Part shown: positions 1 to 10,177 of the stretch, piece by piece
Layout: every line of letters begins with the position of its first letter
Position numbering within the stretch: the first letter of the stretch is position 1
NCBI GenBank assembly: GCA_977018835.1
Contig: OZ361260.1
Coordinates: 3,968,001-4,032,000 of the forward strand
From: Minutocellus sp. GHC0000111
Taxonomy: Eukaryota
Direction: 5' to 3'
Length of the DNA stretch: 64,000 nucleotides
Program-made: the position numbers and the translations under genes
The notes under the pieces: generated by a model
Database searches by the model: none
Told to the model about the DNA's origin: nothing
The model's input: only the letters and a program-made list of their open reading frames with translations

Positions 1-1872
1 GCATGCGTCCCGTTGTTTATTCTTTGCTGCATATCACGTGCCGGGGCCGGTCAAAAGGCGCGACGATGAACCGCAATGCTCGTTAGTAGTATATAGTATA
101 AGGGTGGAGGCCCGATGGCCAGGCGAGAAGGCTTGTGGTGACATCGAAGATGCAAATTCACAAGGAAGTTGACGTGATTGCAATTTGCAATTGCGACGAG
201 AACCCCGTAAAGAACATGTCATGCGTCGAATCAGGACCGGCGCTTTACGGCCGATGAGACCATCAATTGCCCACGATGATCAGTGGTGGGTGGACAGCGA
301 AGGATAGAGGGCGTTCGGATTGATAATAAGTAACTGGTACCGAGTCACGATCGATTTGAGACGAAGATTCGTCGTTCCCTATTTGGGGCCTCATATTTCT
401 TTCGGAGGAACAAAGCCATTTCGACGCGCGTTGCAGCGACGGACGGAGACGAGCGAAAGAAGAAGACCTGTAGAGAGGAAAGGATGGGAGGAGGCATGCA
501 TTGACTTACCATTGTTGTATTTGGTTGGAACAAAGATGCAAACTAATGCGAGGTAAAGCAATCACTTCTGTCAAGGCTGACGAAAAGTGAAGGGAAAGGT
601 TGGGTGGTGAGTAGTGGGTGGGTGGTGGCGGCAAAATTTTGCGGCCGGAAGATTCCTTCATCTTCATGCCGGTTTCTGATGAGGCTTTTTATACATTTGG
701 TATACATATTTTATAAGTCGACATCATCTCAGAAAGAAACTGAAGATTCGTGTTTTTGATAACATAGAAATGAAGAGGAGAAGTAAGGGATGAACGGAGA
801 AAATCATGTCACTTTCTTGTCGACAGGCGAATCATGATGAATCTCTGGCACGAGCTGTCACAGGTGGAGTTGAGAGGTGCTCGTAGGCTCAACACATGTA
901 AGTAGACCTCCTGCCAAAAATAAATATCTGGCAACTGAACGAAAAGAAGGGCTCCATCCAACATGTCACGCTGGAGCATGTCTTCTCGCCCACGACATTT
1001 CCTGCTTACTTTTCATCGCTACTCTATCTATCTAGTAGCTAGCTAGGCGGCTACTATCGCAGGCGAGACAACGTGCACATCAAATACACCGGCATCTGCT
1101 ACTTTGGCACTTCTTCTGGGAGTTATGGTATCAGTCTGAATATATCCATGGGTATAATTACGTGATCAAGTAGTTGCATCCATCTCGTGCCTGTAAAGAA
1201 GAAGTATGTTGCAGAGAGTTTTCTCCCTTCTCTTTCAGATACATGCACAACGCAGTCCCCTCTCAGTCCCACCCTGCGCTGGACTGGAGGAAGCTGCTCG
1301 AGCAGGATGTCGTGGCTTATCGGTATATTCTATTCGAGACAACTCCGTAGTGTGTATTTGCAATAAATGCACCGGGACTTGACTTACTCTTGGCGACCGT
1401 CTAAATTACTTGGTACAAATCTAACGGATCTTTGACGAAGCATGCACTGTAGCTGTTGCAGCAACGGTGAATTATCATGCCCATTCTGCTCTGTTACAAC
1501 CCTCCAACGCTGATCCAATCTATATTTTTACGTTTTTCTTACATCATGCATCCTTTGATTCCCTTGTTACCGGTAAAAATCAATGCCGAAACATGCAAGT
1601 ACCAGGCGGTTGTACATGCTACTATTACTTCGCAGTAATACGAAACTATACCCATTAAATTAAATTAATAATATACATTGCTATGTCACAAACATATAAA
1701 CCCAAATAATGGGACTGATTTATCGTTTCAGTCCCCCCAAATAAACCACAAATTAGTGGTGAGTTGTACAAAATCTTCGTGTTGGCGCCACACGCACTAC
1801 AAGATTCGGCGACCACTTTAAACTGTGTGGCCGCCTGTATGTCCTTGCGATACCATTGTGTATGTAATGTGT

Positions 1873-2511
1873 TCACACTATCCCCTTCTTTGGAGTTGCG
1901 CTGTGGTAGTTGTTGGCTGCAAAGGCGCTCTTGCTGGTGCCCCCGATGAAACCTATGCTGCAAGAAGAGGAAGGGGCAGCTCCTGGAGTGGCATGATGAT
2001 GTGCCTTGTTGGTTGACGATAGCGGCACCAACGACGACGATGAGGTCGGCGGCGTAACGTGATGGGCGACAGTTTTCTGGCAACTCGAAGCGGTATCAAT
2101 CTTGTAGAATGAAGGAGGTCGTGGAAAGGGAGGACCTTCTGGGAGCTTGTGCTGTTGCTCGTCGGTTGGGGCCGGTCGACGGTGAAGCGGCGAGTCGAGA
2201 AGAGCATCTGCCAAGACGTCGTCGATGCTCATGGCATCGTCATCATCGTCATCAGCTTCGCCTTGACTTGGCTTCATCGGAAAGAGTCTGCGAGATGTAC
2301 TGCTGATATCGCCTAGTGTCGGGATTTTATCGGCTTGCTGAGGAGACAAATGACCGCGACGCGTCTTGAGGCTGGGCGGCGTCAGAGGAGCGGCCATTTT
2401 GAGTTCGGGAGTTGCTGATCCTGATGTTGTCGACGAGGCGCCACCAGAGGACTCCAGCTCTGGAACCTTGAGTCCGACGGGGATGGAGTTGACTTTTGCG
2501 GAAGAAATCAT
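1873..2511 (-). CDS. Hypothetical low-complexity S/P/D-rich protein (212 aa); may extend to an ATG at 2727 through two in-frame stops
   Basis: Open ORF with coding-like composition. The same frame continues upstream to ATG 2727 with TAG 2668-2670 and TAA 2560-2562. No recognisable domain. Confidence 0.4.
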   Translation of the reverse strand: MISSAKVNSIPVGLKVPELESSGGASSTTSGSATPELKMAAPLTPPSLKTRRGHLSPQQADKIPTLGDISSTSRRLFPMKPSQGEADDDDDDAMSIDDVLADALLDSPLHRRPAPTDEQQHKLPEGPPFPRPPSFYKIDTASSCQKTVAHHVTPPTSSSSLVPLSSTNKAHHHATPGAAPSSSCSIGFIGGTSKSAFAANNYHSATPKKGIV

Positions 2512-3412
2512 GCTATGCCAGTTTGGCAGTGTCTTGATATTCTGTGCAAGTCTTTCGTTTTATGTAACAAGAATTCTTTTTCTGACGTAGGCGCCGCGCC
2601 GCTCGTGCCTTGGGGCTGAGGAACACGCCGAGAAGCAACGAAGGCAATCGGTGATGTTACTAGTACTCTAATCGAAGGGGTGCAAATTGATGAAGTGTAT
2701 TTGTTTCTTCGAGATCTCGTCGGCCATCTTTGGAGATTCAAAAGGTTCTCTTCATTCAAATTCGCAAAGCCGCATGAAAGTGAAAGTGCCGAAGTGTCGA
2801 AGCGAATTTTCTGCGTTGTCCTGCGAAAAGTTCTGTGTGGCATGGCCTCGATGTCGCGATGCTTGGTGAAGTGACGCACGTAGAAAAGTACTGATTCCTA
2901 CGTAAACTGTTCCCTCCCGCAAACCGCCACGATAACCGCCACAAAAGAAGGTAAGGGGCTGATTTTTTATTTAATGGGCACGCCCCTGAGGAGCTCTTCC
3001 GGTCGCGCTTTTCTACGGACAGAGAAATCAATTTAAGGGGCATACCCGTAAGATGCTCCCTGAGCGGTAACCGCCGCCAAGACCCGGAAACGGCTGCGCA
3101 AAAGGACCACTGCACCTTCTCGCGGTACTGGCTGGACTTCTTGCCAAGCAGCCAATATGTGTTGACACTTGTGAGAGTTCATCATATTCCTCCCGGGATT
3201 GTGGTTAAGAGACACATATTGTCCTGCAAAGAAGAATTCATACCCTTCTATTGTCAGGCTCTTCTTTCCTCTGCTTGTGATCGTTTGCAGCGAGCCTCAT
3301 TCTCGCTCGTCTCAGCTCATTATTTTCCGTGAAAAAGAACCAACAACATCAAGAGCACACAGATCCGCATGCACCGCATCCCGCTGCCAATTCCACCCAA
3401 TAGTAAGCTACC

Positions 3413-4536
3413 ATGACCATATCCAACTGGCTCGCCAAGCAGCGCCATGATCAAGACGACCAAGACGTCGAGATCCTCTCTCGCATTTCTGCCATGAGAA
3501 CCCAAGAAAGCCAACATTACATCTTCACCAGATACTGCTTCCTCCAGGGCTCAACAACAGAACAAGACATGGAAAATCTCCAAGAAGATCTAACCAATGA
3601 ACCTGCCGATGCACTCTGCCGAACCAAAATGGTCGACTGGTGCTACTCGGTCGTCGATCATTGCGAATTCTCCCGCTCGAACGTCTTCATCGCCGCATCC
3701 AATCTCGACCGATTTCTTTCCACTCCAGCAGGTCAAAAGGCTCTCTGATCTCGACGAGAATTCCAGCTCGCGTGCATGACGGCAATTTACACCTCCATCA
3801 AAATCAACGAGGTCGAAACGCTGACGCCCAAGGGCATGGCACGGGTTTCCCGCGGTGACTACAACGCTTAAGAGATTGAAGCCTGTGAGTTGGACATGCT
3901 GTTGGCTCTCAAGTGGCATGTCAACCCGCCTTCTACCATCGCCTTTGTTGGGCAGTACATCGCCCTTCTACGTTTGATTCTGCAAGACTGTCCCACGACA
4001 CCGTCTCATCCCAAGAAGAGCAAAAGCTGATGGAACACATCATCGTCAACGCCAACTATCAGATTGAAATGGCCTCACGAGACTACAAGTTTGTTGGCAT
4101 CGACGCCTCCAAAGTAGCCTTGGCCGCCGTCCTCAACGCAATAGCGAGTGCCAAGGTCGACAACTTCTGCCCCGGCAATAACACCCAGGCCATCAAGGAA
4201 TCCCTATGCACCAAGCTGTCGGTCGATTTCGAGTCCATCGTTCCTCTATGCAACGATCTCCTTGGTATTTTCTCGCCATCTGCCGACCCGGCGGATGATG
4301 TCGTCAGCACTTCTGCCATGTCCCACGACGACCATACACGCGACGAAAGCTTCGATAGCAACACATCGTTTGATGATGTCACCAAGACCAATGCTATAGT
4401 CGCCGCAAATACCAAGGTGGTATCGCCCAAAAGTGTCAAGGGACCGACGCCGATCCACAACAAACACCCGATTCTTGGGTCCTTGCTTTGTGGGATCCTG
4501 GAACCTCTCCGTCTCCTCCAGGATGTTGAAGAATAA
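3413..4536 (+). pseudogene. Diatom-type cyclin (cyclin box), disrupted by two stops and a frameshift
   Basis: Cyclin-N motifs CRTKMVDWCYSVVDHC..AASNLDRFLS..FQLACMTAIYTSIKINE..IEACELDMLLALKWHVNPPS read in one frame through TGA 3746-3748 and TAA 3869-3871. The C-terminal part (YQIEMASRDYKFVG..SKVALAAVLNA) is in another frame after ~3970. Confidence 0.85.
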
Positions 4537-4614
4537 AGAATTGTTGATGAATAGAGAATAGAGTGTGAAAATAGATATTTAGAGACTTTAATTATACCCT
4601 CGCTACTGCATACA

Positions 4615-6123
4615 CTACTTGGACATATTTGATAGCATCTCACCCCTCTCGGACGTTGTAATAAATGCTCCTCCGTCGAGATGTCCTGTGAAAAAGAGAC
4701 CACTGTGATCATCAAGCAAATAGCAACCAAATTTGGCATGTCCGTCCTTGAGGCCCAATCTCTCGACGCTCTTTGTAATGACCGGCGAGAGCTTGTCTTC
4801 CACAAATCCTCCTCGAGCCACCATGCGATACTTTTCATTGAAGACAAAATCACGGTAATGCGCAGTCTCAACGATGTGAGTATTGTCGTACCAAAAGAGC
4901 GTGGGGGTGAGAGTGAGCTGATGAGTTTCATCGCTTGATTTTGGACCCTCCGTGCTCGTTTTGTTTTGGTTGCTCTTGCGATAATTGACTGCCAAGGCTT
5001 GCAGATTCTTTTGCAGCTTGTCAATGTTATTTACATGTGGGCCATAGACCTGTATGCTCTCCACTGGAACAGCTGGACCATACAGCGTCGGATCAAGCTG
5101 TAGCTCCGGCGGGCGCAGTACCAACTTGGCCAAGTCCTGATGCGCCACCTTGCCGTATTTGCCCAGAAATATGTCACGATACATGAGACTGCTTCTGATG
5201 GAGCATCCGACGTACTTGATTCGCTCGGGGTTGTTCATCATGGCATGCACAACAGATTTCATCGGTGTAGTTCGCATAAAGGTACGATCGTGCTGAATGA
5301 CACAGACGTAGGGCGTGTGGACGCACTCCCGAAGTGCGTGGCGGAGGGCGAAGCCATATCCATGACGAGTCGGTAGTTCCACAACCTCGGCATTGCGAAA
5401 GGGCGATGGTTCGGCATCATCATCATCATCATCATCATCATCGGCATTGTTCGCATCCTCGCAAACATTGCGCAAGGCCGCCTTGAATTCCTCATACCGC
5501 TCCGCCTGGCTCTTGGTAGCGATGCCATTCCGCAACGCCTGCTTGACGTTGGAATGCTTCCGACTAATCTTGCGCTTCTGCTGCCGCTGCTGTTGATCGT
5601 CCTTCTTTTCTTCTTCCCCGTTCTTTTTATCGGTTTCGTCGTCATCGTCCAGCACGCGACAACCATCGCACACAATGACCTTGCGACATTGGTAGGCAAA
5701 CTCCGGTCCGGCATGATGAAAGGTCTCCAAGGTCTTCTCCAGCAATTCCGTCGAGGGGTTGGACTTGATGGGACTGGTGGTGACCACAATCGTTAGCAGA
5801 TCGGACAATGGGGGCATATCCTCCAGAGTTGGATATGTTGGTGGCGATGCCTGTGTCTTGTTGTGGGTGTCGTCTCCGTCTTGTTCATCGATGCATCGAA
5901 AGGTGAGTACTACCGATCGGCCGCTGCCCTTATTGCTGCCGCCGCCGCCACTTGCAGTACCATCCCGCCCAGCAGCAGCATCAACTCTGCCCCTCCATTC
6001 CCTCAGCACCTCCCCACTCTTGACGGTGAGTGATCCCACAGACATGTGCACTCTTGCCGCTGAAGTTGGCGATGCCAAATCCCAGCATTCCACATCTCGA
6101 ATTGCCGGTTTGTTGATGCTCAT
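4615..6123 (-). CDS. Conserved hypothetical protein, possible GT-A-fold glycosyltransferase-like
   Basis: Long intact ORF; LTIVVTTSP..ELLEKTLETF, GYGFALRHAL..TPYVCVIQHD resemble GT2-like motifs. Start placed at ATG 6123 (ORF open to 6177). Confidence 0.6.
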   Translation of the reverse strand: MSINKPAIRDVECWDLASPTSAARVHMSVGSLTVKSGEVLREWRGRVDAAAGRDGTASGGGGSNKGSGRSVVLTFRCIDEQDGDDTHNKTQASPPTYPTLEDMPPLSDLLTIVVTTSPIKSNPSTELLEKTLETFHHAGPEFAYQCRKVIVCDGCRVLDDDDETDKKNGEEEKKDDQQQRQQKRKISRKHSNVKQALRNGIATKSQAERYEEFKAALRNVCEDANNADDDDDDDDDAEPSPFRNAEVVELPTRHGYGFALRHALRECVHTPYVCVIQHDRTFMRTTPMKSVVHAMMNNPERIKYVGCSIRSSLMYRDIFLGKYGKVAHQDLAKLVLRPPELQLDPTLYGPAVPVESIQVYGPHVNNIDKLQKNLQALAVNYRKSNQNKTSTEGPKSSDETHQLTLTPTLFWYDNTHIVETAHYRDFVFNEKYRMVARGGFVEDKLSPVITKSVERLGLKDGHAKFGCYLLDDHSGLFFTGHLDGGAFITTSERGEMLSNMSK

Positions 6124-6232
6124 GGTGGTGGGGAGGGGACCCGATGGTCCTGCCCTTGCCATCCAACAAGAAGGCAAGCAAGATCTAAAGTAGGGCGGCC
6201 GGCCGCATCACAAGAGAAAGCGAAGTAAGCAA

Positions 6233-8876
6233 ATGAGAGTCTCCTCTCATGCTGTCGCCCGCCTCGCGCTGGTCGTTGGTGCTGCTCTTTGCCCCACCTC
6301 CAGCCACGCCTTCGTCCCAGCTTCATGCCAGCAGCAGCATCAGCATCAGCACCAATTTCATAACATATGCCCACAACTCCAGGCCGCACCGAACGGTTCT
6401 GACAATAACGACGATGAACGCGCCGGCCGGGGTGGATATTCGGTCCTGCGCCAGCCGCTGTCGTGGGACGACGAATCCGATCCGACCTTGGCTCCCCCCA
6501 AATCCCTCGATGAGGACGACGACGCGGCAGGCAAGAGGAGCAACGTCGATTGGTTCGAGGGGAAGAAGAAATTACAAAAGGGCAAGGCCGGTGGTGGTGT
6601 AAACATTGCGTCGAATAAGCAGTCGGCAGAGGACTATCTGGGAAATCAGCTCAGTGCCCCCACCAAGTCGGCATCGCACCATCGCACGGAGGAGTCCGAG
6701 CAAGACTTGAACCTGCAAAGTTTGGATCTGCATCGACGGACGCTCGATACGTTGGACTACCCGCTGGTGCTGGGCGCATTGAGTGAGGAGTGTACCACGA
6801 AACCGGCCCGATCCATCTTTTTCGTCCAAGCTGTCGTTGGAGAGCGGTGGGCCGACGTATACCGAGGTCAATGGTCGCATCGTCATTCCTGTTGCCGACA
6901 AGTACAAGAATTCGGTGGGCATCATGCACGACGTATCGAGGAGTGGTCGTACGGTATACGTGGAGCCGAATGAGATTGTTGGGGTGACGAATGAAATGCG
7001 CCAAGCCGAGGTGGAGCTACGGGCCGAGGAGGCACGGGTGTGGCGGCAGCTTACCGAAAGCATCGTGGAACATCGCGACGACATTGAACGTGCCGTTGCG
7101 GCGGCTGCACAGATTGATCTGGTCGTTGCCAGGTATCGACTAGGTGAGAAGCTCAAGGGAACAATCCCCACTGTCAAGGATGAGGGTGTAATGAACCTCA
7201 AGGAGGCCCGCCATCCCGTGCTGCTGCTGAGAGATTTGGATGATGTGGTCGCCAATGACATTGATCATTTTGGCGCCGATGGAAACCAAGGCATGGTTCT
7301 GACGGGTCCAAACAGTGGTGGTAAAACCATCATTCTCAAGCTTATGGGGCTTTGCGCTTTGATGGCACGAGACGGAATTCCTGTTCCGGCCCAGGAGGAA
7401 GGTGCCCGAGTTGATTTCTTTGGTCCGGTGCTTGCTGATATCGGCGATATCCAGAGCGTTGATGGCGATTTGTCTACCTTTTCTGCTCATATGTTGGTGT
7501 GCCGAGAAGTTCTTGCGAATTCAGGACAAAATGCTCTCGTTCTCATGGATGAGCCCGGAAGTGGTACTGATCCGTCGCAGGGCGTTGCAATCGCGCAGGC
7601 TCTACTCGAGTCATTGTTGGAATCGGGATCCAGAGTTGCCATCACTACCCATTTCTTGGAGCTGAAACAATTGGCAGCATCTGACGATAGATTTTCGGTC
7701 GGCGGAATGCAATTTGTCAATGGCCGCCCGACATACAAGCTTCAACCAGGCGTTGTCGGCGAATCGTTTGCTTTGGCTGTCGCCGAGAGGCTCCAGTTAC
7801 CCCCATCGGTCATTTCTCGTGCTACTGAATTATTGGATAGCGAAACACGCCAGATGGGTGATTTGATTCGCGATATGGAGGATCAAAAGGCTCTCATTGA
7901 CCGCCAAGCGGCAGAGCTTGCTCAAAAACAAGAAGAGATGGAAGCCCTCGAGGCTGAAATGAAGCAACAACAGCAGAGACTAGAGGCCAAGCAATTGTCT
8001 GCTCGACGTGATGAAGCACGAAAGTTTGCCAAGAAACTCGAAGAGAAGGAGCAGATTTTAGAAGATATCATTGAGAAGCTCAAAAAGGATCCGTCCAAAA
8101 AGTTGCTGGCAAGAAGTTGGGATGATATCCGTTTCGTCAAGAGAGATGCCCTGACGGAAGCTGAGAATGTGCCTTCTGTCCTTCGCCGTCAACAACGCTG
8201 TGCTGAGGCAGAAGAACAAAGACAAGTTGAATTAATACCCCTTTCGGAGCTTCGGGAGAAACCCGATCTCAAGGTTGGTGACACCCTTGTGATATGCAAG
8301 AAGGGCTCTTCGCTGCGAGGCAAAGAGGGCACAATATCCAAGCTTGGCAAAAAGATCGAGCTCAACGTTGGTTCCATGCCCATCCGTCTCAAAATGAGCG
8401 AGCTCGCGATGCCCCTTTCATCTGGTGGGGCAGCATCCGCCACACCCGTCGCCAGTCAAAAGCAACCAGTGTATGGTCCAAATGGAGAAAGATTATCCAA
8501 GGCCGCACAAAGAGCCTTGGGTGGAGGCGAGCTCGGTGGTGGGGCCAAGGTTGGGGGACTTGACGAACCAAATGGCGGTGGTGGCCGATCAGGAAAGTTT
8601 GGGGGCGTTGGACGATTGGAATCCAACACTGTCGATTGCCGGGGAATGAACTTTGAAGATGCTAAACAGAAGGTCATCAAGAAAATGGGGACTGTAATGA
8701 TGCAGAAGAGGCCGGTGGTCTATATCTTGCACGGCCATGGTACCGGTGCACTCAAGACAAAAATTCGCTCCTGGCTTCAACGAGGTAAGCAATGGGTCAA
8801 GTCCTACCGAAAAGCCGACCAGGACGACGGCGGCGATGCTTTTACCATGGTTGAGGTGAAGAAAGTGCAGTTCTAA
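6233..8876 (+). pseudogene. mutS2: Plastid-targeted MutS2 (MutS ATPase + coiled coil + Smr) with an internal deletion/frameshift near 6815
   Basis: Signal peptide + SHAFVP presequence and MutS2 N-terminus (RTLDTLDYPLVLGALSEEC) in one frame. GIMHDVSRSGRTVYVEP, ARHPVL, TGPNSGGKT, DIGDIQS..LSTFS, GSGTDP, TTH and Smr (HGHGTGALK..GGDA) in another frame. Confidence 0.85.
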
Positions 8877-8921
8877 TTTTTCAATCAGTTAAAAAGGATT
8901 ACGACTTTTAATCTCGCTAGA

Positions 8922-9428
8922 CTAATATGCTGGGGCCTCAAATCGGTCCTTCACATAGGCTTCGAACTTTGCGCATGTGGCGAGGAATGATCCATCTTCT
9001 TCAGTGTCGGCGAGGACATTGTCGCCATCAACAATGCGAATACGCATGTCAAGATCAACGTTATCTGCCTTTTCACTTGCCTTGGCCTCTTCAAGAGACT
9101 TTTCGTAAGCCTCCTTCTCTTCCTTGAGGAGCTCATCGAGATCTTGATTGAGTTCGGCAATCCATGCGTCGCCAGTGAGCGGTGCACCAGTGCATTTCTC
9201 GACTAGCGAGAGGAATGGCTCAGAATTACCTGGCTTCCAGTATGCCTCGGTGAGCAGTGGTCCAATGGCAGGGTTATCGACGATGTAGCCATCACGCTTC
9301 ATCACAAAATCGCGGTTCTGGTGAACCGCCATCTCAGCGAGGACATATCCGTGGTAATAACAACTGGCTTCATCAGAGAGAAGATGAGGGACGGAAAGGA
9401 GAGGGCGGGCGCTAGAAAGTGATCCCAC
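8922..9428 (-). pseudogene. C-terminal fragment of an M3-family-like oligopeptidase; 5' part missing
   Basis: RPLLSVPHLLSDEASCYYHGYVLAEMAVHQ..YIVDNPAIGPLLTEAYWKPGNS. No ATG start, and only ~750 bp of non-coding DNA upstream before the TOP2 stop. Confidence 0.6.
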
Positions 9429-9966
9429 TACGAACGGACCAAGAAATAAATTCCGATTTTCAATCTGCCAGCTCTAAAATAGGTTTCTACTCTACTACTG
9501 GTGCTGGCAACGACCTGAAACCTGGCCCCTCTTCCACCGCTCCAAAGGGGTAGAGGGAAAAGGGAATTTCAAACTAAGTTCCACGGCTGCACTGCTAGAT
9601 AACGATGCCACTCTTGGCAGTGGATACATCTATGGAACAAGCTAACTACGCGCCAACCAGCCAGGCCAACACTACTATTCACTTACCGGTACCACATGTA
9701 GATAGACCTAATTCTGATTGAATCTACGTAGCATGTGTACATGTAGTTTACTAACTGTCATCAGACTTTTAGATTTGCACGGCGTAGATTACAATTGGTT
9801 TATCGATTACGATTGTAGCTCTCTTTGGCCTTCTTCTTCTTTTCTTTTCTTTTGTTCACACCTGTAGTAGATTATTTGGTATCTCTGATAATCCCTTCAA
9901 GAGATTCTCAGGATTCCTTTCACCTACTCTAATATCATTTGACCTTTTCCCGTGTATAACACGGTA

Positions 9967-10170
9967 GGAAGGGGAGCATTCCCCTGCTGATAATTCGCCC
10001 CCCCTGGTGATAAATCGGATGAACCAGGCGGATGAACCAGGATTTTTCTGTGAAGTCGGCCACTCTCTGTGCCAGTCTTAGTTTTTTCGCAGAAATCTGG
10101 TTCATCCGGCTGGTTCATCCGATTTATCACCTCGTCTGGCGAATTATCACTCGGGGAATACCCCCCTTCC
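9967..10170. mobile_element. 204-bp MITE with ~85-bp imperfect terminal inverted repeats and TA target-site duplication
   Basis: Left end ggaaggggagcattcccc..tgataattcgcc..ggtgataaatcggatgaaccag matches the reverse complement of the right end. TA at 9965-9966 and 10171-10172. Empty site (single TA) at 14521-14522 in copy B. Confidence 0.92.
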
Positions 10171-10177
10171 TAATTGT

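Noticed and set aside
345..533. Possible minus-strand gene with ATG|gtaagt..ctacag mini-intron
   Set aside because: The intron would be only ~42 nt and the product is short with no recognisable similarity.
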